This document shows positions 56,827-64,000 of a DNA stretch of 64,000 nucleotides, one piece after another. Position 1 is the first letter of the stretch. Every line of letters begins with the position of its first letter. The position numbers and the translations under genes are program-made. The DNA is from Deltaproteobacteria bacterium (GTDB lineage Bacteria; Myxococcota_A; Polyangia; Fen-1088): the NCBI GenBank assembly GCA_033763315.1, contig JANRKS010000011.1:160001-224000 (forward strand). The letters run 5' to 3'. The notes beneath the pieces were generated by a model. It was given only the letters and a program-made list of their open reading frames with translations. It was not told the origin of the DNA and ran no database searches.

Positions 56827-57873
56827 ATGCAACACATCTTGTTCCCACGATCCGTTCTGTTTTGTGCGGCCTTCATGTCGCTCGCGGCGTGCGCGGCCTC
56901 AAGCAGCAACAGCAACTCGAACGGGGGCGAGGGTGGCGAAGCGGTGGCGGGCTCGGGCGGCGCCCTGAACGGGCCGTCCAACGGCGGCGCAAACACAGCG
57001 GGTGCCGGTGGCACGACTGACGCCGGCATGCCCAACGGGGGCGGTGGCGGGCCATCGGCGGGGGGCGCGGGCATGGGAGGCAATGCCGGTGGCAACACGG
57101 GCGGCGCGTCTTCACAAGGCGGATCGGCCGGCCGTAACTACTCAACGGACCCTGCGAGCTTCTTGGGCGAAAGCCGGTGTGGCCAAAGTGGCTTGAAACT
57201 CTGCGATGGCTTTGAAGGCGCCGCGATCGATACCGCCGTGTGGCAGCTGCAAAAGCAAGGCACGAACGTGGTTGAGCTTGTGTCCGATGAACACGCGCGC
57301 GGCAACAAAAGTGTGCACATCCGCGCCAACAACGGCTTCGGCAACCTGCGCACCACGAAGGTCTTCCCGATGCCCAACAACACGTATTGGGCGCGCATGT
57401 TCGTCAAAGTGAAGCGCTTCTCGACCGTCGATTGGGCGCATTGGACGATGGCCGAGGCCACGGGCGCGGGTGACGGCTCGTTGATTCGCGTCGGCGGTCA
57501 ATACAACTCCGTCGACAAGAAGAACCGCTGGGGCGTTGGCTCCGATGGTGGTCCCACGGGCGATTGGACGCGGCACGATAAAGATCCCAATGGGGCGCCC
57601 GTCGAGCCTGCCGTGAATCGCTGGGTGTGCCTGGAATGGCTTCACGACGGCAAGAACAACGTCACGCGCTTCTTCGTGGATGCGCAAGAGCACCCATCGC
57701 TCGCCACGAGCGCTACGAACGGCAACACAAGCAAGCCGAACGTGCCCTATGTGTTGCCGATGTTTGCTTCCGTGTGGTTCGGGTGGTGGCAATACCAGGC
57801 CGACGCCGTGCCGTTCGATCTGTGGATCGATGAGCTTGCGATCGACGGCCAGCGCATCGGCTGCACCCTCTGA
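56827..57873 (+). CDS. Gly-rich lipoprotein with Cip1-like/polysaccharide-lyase-like beta-sandwich
   Basis: Lipobox LAAC; CDGFE, G.KSVHI, YWARMF, RVGGQ, WVCLEW, FGW..Y, WIDELAI...RIGC. Confidence 0.65.
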   Translation: MQHILFPRSVLFCAAFMSLAACAASSSNSNSNGGEGGEAVAGSGGALNGPSNGGANTAGAGGTTDAGMPNGGGGGPSAGGAGMGGNAGGNTGGASSQGGSAGRNYSTDPASFLGESRCGQSGLKLCDGFEGAAIDTAVWQLQKQGTNVVELVSDEHARGNKSVHIRANNGFGNLRTTKVFPMPNNTYWARMFVKVKRFSTVDWAHWTMAEATGAGDGSLIRVGGQYNSVDKKNRWGVGSDGGPTGDWTRHDKDPNGAPVEPAVNRWVCLEWLHDGKNNVTRFFVDAQEHPSLATSATNGNTSKPNVPYVLPMFASVWFGWWQYQADAVPFDLWIDELAIDGQRIGCTL

Positions 57874-57936
57874 CGCTAGCGCCCGTCACAAGCCACACGC
57901 ACTTTGCCAAAGGCGTGTGCGATGCCAAAAGCGGTT

Positions 57937-59334
57937 TTAGATCGCGTGGGGTGTCAGCCGTTTGCGGCGCAGCTTCTCCACCAACGTCGTTCGGTTCAGC
58001 CCCAAAAGCTCGGCGGCTTTATTCTTGTTGCCGCCCGTGCGCTCAAGCGCTTCGGCGATCATGCGCTCTTCCACAGCCTCAAGAATGGTCTTCAGATCCG
58101 TGGCGCCTTCTTCGGGCAAACTTGGAATGGCGGCGTGGCCGTTGGTGGGCGTCACCAAGGTGGGCGTGCCCAAAGCGCGAATGTTCGACGGCAGGTCAGA
58201 AATGCCGATCTTGCCATTGCCCTTCATGATAACCAAGCGCTCGATGAGGTTCTCAAGCTCGCGGATGTTGCCGGGCCACGAGTGGCGCTTCAGCAAATCA
58301 AGCGCGGTGTTCTCCACCCCCAGCACTTGGCGGCGGTGGTGCTGGTTGGCGCGCTTCATGAAGTGCTCCACCAACAACGGTATGTCCGCGGGCCGCGAAC
58401 GCAGCGCTGGCATCTCGATCGGAATGACATTCAAACGCCAATACAAATCAGAACGGAATCGACCGTGTTCCGCCTCAGAGCCCAGATCGCGGTTGGTGGC
58501 CGCGATCACGCGCACATCGATTTGCACGGGTGCCTCTTGGCCCACCGGGTAAAGCTCGCCCTCCTGGATCACGCGCAGCAGTTTTGCCTGCACGCCCATC
58601 TCCATCTCGCCCACCTCGTCTAAGAAGATGGTGCCGCCATCGGCCTGGCCGAAGCGACCGGTGCGAGCCGCGTTGGCTCCGGTGAAGGCGCCTTTGGTGT
58701 GACCAAACAGTTCGCTTTCAACCAACGTTTCGGGAATCGCAGCACAGTTGACCGCCACAAACGGACTCTTGGAACGGGGCGAACCTGAAACGATCGAGCG
58801 GGCCACAAGCTCTTTGCCAGTGCCTGATTCGCCCGTGATCAAAACGGTGCACGAGGTGTCAGCCACCTGGGCGATCATCGCCAACACGGGCATGATGGCG
58901 GCGTCTTCGCCCAGTAACCAAGGTGCGTAACGATCTCGCCACGCCACGGGATCCAACGTTGGAGGAGGCGTTTTCTCAGAGAAGCCGAGGACATGTTCAA
59001 GCACTTCTTCAAGCGCTGGAAACTCGAACGGCTTGATCAAGAAGTCGCGTGCCCCCGCGCGCATAGCGCGAACCGCGTCCGGGATCTCGGCGCTGCCGCT
59101 CATGACGATCACCGGCGTCCCTGGCGTGTGGCGGCGAGCCGCTTCCAGAATTTCAAATCCGTTGACCTCGGGCATGCGAAGGTCCGTGACGATTACGTCG
59201 AACTGTCCCGAGGCAATGTGGTCGAGGCCGCGCGGTCCGTCGGCCGTCACCACGTCGAACGATAAAGTGCGCAGCAGACGGGCTAAACCCCGGCACAGCG
59301 AATCTTCATCGTCGCAAAGCAAAAGTTTTCTCAC
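57937..59334 (-). CDS. NtrC-family sigma54-dependent response regulator
   Basis: REC (CDDE, TDLRMP, FLIKPF), GESGTGKE, GAFTGA, Fis HTH; GGAG RBS before GTG 59334. Confidence 0.93.
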   Translation of the reverse strand: MRKLLLCDDEDSLCRGLARLLRTLSFDVVTADGPRGLDHIASGQFDVIVTDLRMPEVNGFEILEAARRHTPGTPVIVMSGSAEIPDAVRAMRAGARDFLIKPFEFPALEEVLEHVLGFSEKTPPPTLDPVAWRDRYAPWLLGEDAAIMPVLAMIAQVADTSCTVLITGESGTGKELVARSIVSGSPRSKSPFVAVNCAAIPETLVESELFGHTKGAFTGANAARTGRFGQADGGTIFLDEVGEMEMGVQAKLLRVIQEGELYPVGQEAPVQIDVRVIAATNRDLGSEAEHGRFRSDLYWRLNVIPIEMPALRSRPADIPLLVEHFMKRANQHHRRQVLGVENTALDLLKRHSWPGNIRELENLIERLVIMKGNGKIGISDLPSNIRALGTPTLVTPTNGHAAIPSLPEEGATDLKTILEAVEERMIAEALERTGGNKNKAAELLGLNRTTLVEKLRRKRLTPHAI

Positions 59335-59623
59335 CAGGGCTCCTGCGAGGGGAAGGATGGTGTAGGCAATGAGGTGACTAAGTCCGCGAAATTTCGACGA
59401 AAGTCGGAAGCCAAGCCTTGTCATTGTGGCATAGCACCAGATTTTTGGTCAAGTAAGACTGTAAGGCGGCCGATGATTTGCGGGTTTCGCGCAAGCTTTG
59501 CGCGCTGCAGGGGCATGCAACGAGCCCAGCCGTTAGGGGAAGGGCCAAAAAGGAGGCTCTACTGCGGTCGGTTTTGCTGTCGTTTTGGCCGCGCGTTGCG
59601 GATTTGCTGAATACACTTGGCGC

Positions 59624-61492
59624 GTGATTGATCCCGCGAAATCTTTGCTGCTGCACTTTGAGCAGGCCCTTGCTGAACTTTCCAAAGCTGGCGCGGTGGG
59701 CGTGGACGTCAGCCTGCACCCGGCGCCGCCCCAAACAGACATTGTGGCCCAGCTGGCCACGCGGCTTGAACGCCCGGTTCCCGCCGGTGTGGCTGCGTTT
59801 TTCACGGCATACGATGGTGGCGTGATTTCCCGGCGGGCCGCCGGCGTCACCGAACCTTCCACGCCGTCAGAAGATCCGGAAGACACCGACGTGTTGGTAC
59901 GCTTTATCAACCACGAAGAAGCTTTGGCGCTGGCGGAGCAGGGCGGCTCGTCGCTGAAGGGCCTGTGGCCGATCATGCAGCGGGGCGGCCAGATCGTGGC
60001 GCTCGACGCCGAAAGTCCGGTGGCCGAAGAAGCCGAATGGCCCGTGGTGCAGGTGGCGGATCGAAGCGTGGATCGGCTGGGATCGTCCTTGCTGCGTTTT
60101 CTTCGCGTGTTGCTGGCCGAGGTGGCCTACGAGGTGAGCCTGCCTGACGAGCGACCCGTGCCTGGCGGCGCGATTGAACTTGAGCTTAAGAAGCGCCGCA
60201 TGATCCTTGCCGAAAAGCGGTGCCATCTGGATCCGCAGCTGTCCGACCATTGGGTGGATTGGGCCGATTTGCTCGAAGAAGATGGCCAAAAGGCGGCCGC
60301 CCAAGCGACCCTGGAACGCGGGCTTACGGCGGCCAGCCAGCCTGGCCCAGCGCTGCTGGCAGGCCTGGGCTTTCGTGGCCTGTTGGTCAACGATTTGGCC
60401 ACGGCGCGCGCGGCGCTCGAAGACGCTGTCTCGCTCGAAGCGCTGACCGCGCGAGATGATGACGCACGCTTGGACGCGTCGGCGATGTTGTTGCTGATCG
60501 GCCTTGAAACCGGCGACACCCAACTGGCAAAGCGTTCGCGGAGCACGTTGAAGAACGCGATGGCCGCGACTGGTGCGTTCTGGCGCGCCGAGGCCGTGCG
60601 CGCCTTGGCCATGGGCGACAGCGCCCGCACGGATTTGGCCCTCCGTCTGCTGCGCATCCTGATTCCCGAGGACACCGACGCGGCTGTGATTGCCGAAAAC
60701 TCTCCCGCCGTGCGCGCCTCTGTTGCGGCCATCATCAAATCGCGCACGGCCTTGGACGAAGGCGATTTCGACGCCGCCGCTCGGGCGGCCCGCGAAGCCA
60801 TTGCCGCGTGCGGCAGCCTGGCGATGGCGCACGCTTTGTTGGCGGAATCGCTCAACGCTCTTCGCAGCAAGCAGGCGGGCGAGTACGCGCGCAAAGCCAT
60901 TGCGCTTAACCCTTCGCTTGTTGACGGCTGGAGGGAGTTGGGTGACGCGCTGATGGAGGGGCGCGATCTTAACGAAGCCATCAAAGCCTTCGATGAGGGC
61001 ATCAAACGCGATCCGGCTTATGGTTTGCTGTTCGCAAAGAAGGCGCAGGCCCTGCTGGAGCTTGGCCGGCGCATCGAAGCTTTGGATGCGATCGGCACCG
61101 CCTCGGAGCTGGGAGGCGACGCGTTCTTCCTGGCGGCCGTCAAAGGCGACATTCTCTCCGCGATGGAGCGCCACAAGGAAGCGGCCGAAAGCTACGACCA
61201 AGCGTTGATCTTCGAGCCCGAAGATCATTGGACCCTACATCAAGGTGCTTTGGAACACGCGCAAGCCGGCAACACCCAGCGCGCCGGCGAGCTGTTCGAA
61301 TTGGCGCTCCGGTATGATCGCGATGGCTGCCACCAGACGTTGGTCGACTACGCTCAGCTGTTGCGCCAACAGGGGCGAATCGGTGACGCCGTACGCCTGT
61401 ACCGCAAGGCCGTGGCGGCTTCACCTCATGATCAACAGTGGCGCACGTGGCTCAAGGAAGCCGAAGCCGAGCTCAAAGCCGCGCCCAACTGA
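59624..61492 (+). CDS. SMI1/KNR4-like N-terminal domain + TPR repeats
   Basis: PA.......L..RL..PVP.....FF..YDGG; many TPR units in the C-terminal half. Confidence 0.7.
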   Translation: MIDPAKSLLLHFEQALAELSKAGAVGVDVSLHPAPPQTDIVAQLATRLERPVPAGVAAFFTAYDGGVISRRAAGVTEPSTPSEDPEDTDVLVRFINHEEALALAEQGGSSLKGLWPIMQRGGQIVALDAESPVAEEAEWPVVQVADRSVDRLGSSLLRFLRVLLAEVAYEVSLPDERPVPGGAIELELKKRRMILAEKRCHLDPQLSDHWVDWADLLEEDGQKAAAQATLERGLTAASQPGPALLAGLGFRGLLVNDLATARAALEDAVSLEALTARDDDARLDASAMLLLIGLETGDTQLAKRSRSTLKNAMAATGAFWRAEAVRALAMGDSARTDLALRLLRILIPEDTDAAVIAENSPAVRASVAAIIKSRTALDEGDFDAAARAAREAIAACGSLAMAHALLAESLNALRSKQAGEYARKAIALNPSLVDGWRELGDALMEGRDLNEAIKAFDEGIKRDPAYGLLFAKKAQALLELGRRIEALDAIGTASELGGDAFFLAAVKGDILSAMERHKEAAESYDQALIFEPEDHWTLHQGALEHAQAGNTQRAGELFELALRYDRDGCHQTLVDYAQLLRQQGRIGDAVRLYRKAVAASPHDQQWRTWLKEAEAELKAAPN

Positions 61493-61583
61493 AATTTTTT
61501 CCACAGGGCATCGCGTTTCGCCTCCGTTTCAGCTTAAGGTCGCCAAGTTGGCCTTGGGTGTTGGAAGGAGCTACGCTTAATAC

Positions 61584-62984
61584 ATGAGCGGTCAGTCGTT
61601 GCCATTGGTAGCGATGCCAGCCGCAACGGGGGGCATTCAAAAGCCACCCGCCGGTCCTGAGGCAACGCGACACAGAGAACTCCTTGATGGTGAGTTCTGG
61701 CGGCGCATACCTGCGTACGCCGATGTGGGTGCCTCCGACTTCATGGATCACCAATGGCAGGCCAAGCACAGCATCACCAGCACGGGCAAGTTGCTGGCCA
61801 CGGTGCAGGCCTTGGTGCCGGCCAGCTTCATCGCCGACGCTGAAGAAGGCTTTCGGCGCGCGCCGATGTCGGTGCGGGTGTCGCCGTATCTGTTGTCGCT
61901 CATCGACTGGAGCCGGCCCGTGGCCGATCCCCTTCGCATGCAGTTCATTCCGTTGGCCAGCTCGCGGCTGCCGGATCACCCCGAAGTGGATCTGGATTCG
62001 CTGCACGAGCGCAAAGACGCGCCTGTGCCGGGGCTCACGCACCGCTATGCCGATAAGGCCTTGTTTCTGCCGCTTGATATGTGCCCGGTCTATTGTCGCT
62101 TCTGCACACGCAGCTACGCGGTGGGGCGCGACACCGAAGAGGTCACGAAATTTCAGTTGCGGGCCAACCCTGAGCGCTGGAACCAGGCCTTCGCTTACAT
62201 CGCTTCTCGGCCTGAGCTTGAAGACATCGTGATCTCGGGCGGCGATTCGTACCAGCTGCGCCCCGATCAACTTGAGCACATCGGCAAAACCTTGCTGGCG
62301 ATGCCCAACATTCGACGCATGCGGTTTGCCACCAAGGGGCCTGCGGTGATGCCGCAAAAGATCCTCACCGATCACGAGTGGACCGATGCCTTGACGCGTG
62401 TGGTGGAGCAGGGGCGCCGCCAACACAAAGACGTGGTTCTGCACACGCATTTCAATCATCCGAACGAGATCACGGCGATCACGCAGCAGGCGATGAACCG
62501 GCTGTTTGAGCGCGGGATTTACGTGCGCAACCAAACCGTGCTGCAACGTCATGTGAACGACGACGCCGAAACGATGACCTTGCTGGTCAAGCGTTTGTCG
62601 TTCGTCAACGTGCACCCCTATTACGTTTATCAACACGATATGGTCAAGGGCGTCGAGGATCTGCGAACACCGCTGTCCACGATCTTGAATTTGGAACGCC
62701 GGGTGCGCGGCTCCACCGCCGGCTTCAACACGCCCACGTTCGTGGTTGACGCCCCAGGTGGCGGCGGCAAACGCGACGCTCACTCCTACGAGCACTACAA
62801 CCCCATCACGGGCGTGTCTGTGTGGTCGAGCCCCGCGGTCAAAGCGGACGAGATGTTCTTCTACTTCGACCCGCTCGACACTTTGCCGCCCGAGGGGCAA
62901 CGACGTTGGGACGATCCGGCCCAGCACCAATTGATGATGGACGAGGCCTTGGCGGCGGCTCGTCAATTCTCCGGGCACCGATAG
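61584..62984 (+). CDS. KamA-family radical SAM protein (lysine 2,3-aminomutase-like)
   Basis: HRY.DK.L, CPVYCRFCTR, ISGGD, HFNHPNE, NQTVL, PYY, DAPGGGGK (PLP lysine). Confidence 0.9.
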   Translation: MSGQSLPLVAMPAATGGIQKPPAGPEATRHRELLDGEFWRRIPAYADVGASDFMDHQWQAKHSITSTGKLLATVQALVPASFIADAEEGFRRAPMSVRVSPYLLSLIDWSRPVADPLRMQFIPLASSRLPDHPEVDLDSLHERKDAPVPGLTHRYADKALFLPLDMCPVYCRFCTRSYAVGRDTEEVTKFQLRANPERWNQAFAYIASRPELEDIVISGGDSYQLRPDQLEHIGKTLLAMPNIRRMRFATKGPAVMPQKILTDHEWTDALTRVVEQGRRQHKDVVLHTHFNHPNEITAITQQAMNRLFERGIYVRNQTVLQRHVNDDAETMTLLVKRLSFVNVHPYYVYQHDMVKGVEDLRTPLSTILNLERRVRGSTAGFNTPTFVVDAPGGGGKRDAHSYEHYNPITGVSVWSSPAVKADEMFFYFDPLDTLPPEGQRRWDDPAQHQLMMDEALAAARQFSGHR

Positions 62985-63040
62985 CCCAGGGCCGTTTATT
63001 ACGCCCGCCCGGGGGCGGCGGCGTGGGGTACACTGACGCG

Positions 63041-63832
63041 ATGTCTGGTTGTACCAATTGCGGCAGCAAGGGCGGATGCGACTCCCGCAAAACCGGGATG
63101 ATGGAACAAGTTAACGCTGCCCTGGAGCGCCTTTACCCCACGAGGCGCTGGCACGAGCGAGCCAACGAACAAGCTCTCACCGCGGGCGTGGCCGAGGAGG
63201 AGGGGCGTCTTCTGGCGCGGGCGCTGGCGGAAAAGTTGAAGGCCTTTGCGCTTTATAAGCCTGGCGCCGAGGAGGATTTCAGCGATTACATTTACGTCCT
63301 GTGTTTTGGGCGGCAACCCAGCGCCCTTGAGGTGCGCGAGGGCCTCGCGAGCCTCGACGATTTCGTCGCGCAGGCGCCCGAGGGACAGGAGTCGGGGATC
63401 ACCGAGGTTTACCTGCGCGTGGCCTTATCCTCATTGGCCCCGTTCGCCGCTGTCCAAGAGGTGCGCGTTTCGCTGTCGCCATGGGGGCAGGGCGCACACG
63501 AACCCTCGGCGCAAGCCTTTGTGGAAGAACACGTGCGCGCCGGCGTCTTTGATCCGATTTTGTTGCCGCGCTATCAGAAGTTGGTGGCCGTTTTGGCGGA
63601 GCAAAACATCCGCAACATCGACTTTGGTGAGATCAACGCCGCCCCGGCAGACTTTGATGGGGCGGCCCACGAAGAGATGTTTGGCACGGAGGCCACAACG
63701 GCCAACTACCTGTTTTTTGCTGGACCAACGGCAGGCATCGCCGCCGAACTGGTCACCGCACGAGGGGCACACGCAGGACGAAACACCATTGAAACTTTCG
63801 CTGAAAGTGCGCCGTCGCCCACGTTGGCGTGA
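63041..63832 (+). CDS. Hypothetical protein with N-terminal CxxC-x5-C motif
   Basis: MSGCTNCGSKGGCDSRK; coding-like composition. Confidence 0.7.
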   Translation: MSGCTNCGSKGGCDSRKTGMMEQVNAALERLYPTRRWHERANEQALTAGVAEEEGRLLARALAEKLKAFALYKPGAEEDFSDYIYVLCFGRQPSALEVREGLASLDDFVAQAPEGQESGITEVYLRVALSSLAPFAAVQEVRVSLSPWGQGAHEPSAQAFVEEHVRAGVFDPILLPRYQKLVAVLAEQNIRNIDFGEINAAPADFDGAAHEEMFGTEATTANYLFFAGPTAGIAAELVTARGAHAGRNTIETFAESAPSPTLA

Positions 63833-63939
63833 TTATTCCCCCTTCATGCAGGTCCGCCCCTAGACGTACGGCCCTGATTCGTTATTCTCGTGTGGCATCA
63901 ACGCCACTTAAGTGTCGATTTGGCCTGGAGGAATCGCTC

Positions 63940-64000
63940 GTGTCTGAAAAAGCCCAACTAGTTCTGAACGGTAAAACAGTTGATCTGCCCGTGGTCGTGG
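63940..64000 (+). CDS. 5' fragment, probably type II citrate synthase
   Basis: GGAGG RBS, GTG start, (M)SEKAQLVLNGKTVDLPVVV resembles the GltA N-terminus; only 20 codons visible. Confidence 0.5.
   Translation, partial: MSEKAQLVLNGKTVDLPVVV

Overview
High-GC bacterial window, most consistent with a myxobacterium (Myxococcota, Polyangia-like). This is inferred from the Hanks-type Ser/Thr kinases, three sigma54 activators, CGNG..GEQC cysteine repeats and GTGG linkers. Layout: 1-6.4 kb housekeeping genes (nadC, HAD hydrolase, rsmD-coaD-aspC, Uma2, kinase). 6.7-14 kb accessory island with a duplicated leader and a decayed type I restriction-modification locus (in-frame hsdM'/'hsdS fusion, frameshifted AlbA_2 gene, intact hsdR). 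14-24 kb autoregulated HTH-clpP pair, ECF/kinase/TPR module, carbohydrate-binding lipoproteins and a GH79. 24-31 kb probable phosphate-starvation lipid-remodelling cluster with PHO-box-like repeats. 31-56.7 kb is the main candidate for an undescribed system: a sigma54-linked cell-surface locus with a Cyc2-like cytochrome-porin, monoheme lipoproteins, a 1208-aa tetraheme lipoprotein, two Cys-rich PstS-like proteins, domain-shuffled disulfide-rich lipoproteins, its own signal peptidase and two sensor-less activators. It is interrupted by an ars cassette that includes an exported ArsC-like protein and a DsbD-thioredoxin fusion. 57-64 kb Cip1-like lipoprotein, NtrC-type regulator, TPR protein, KamA and the start of a probable citrate synthase. 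All family calls are by eye from motifs; no searches were run. No rRNA, tRNA, CRISPR, integrase or transposase was recognised.
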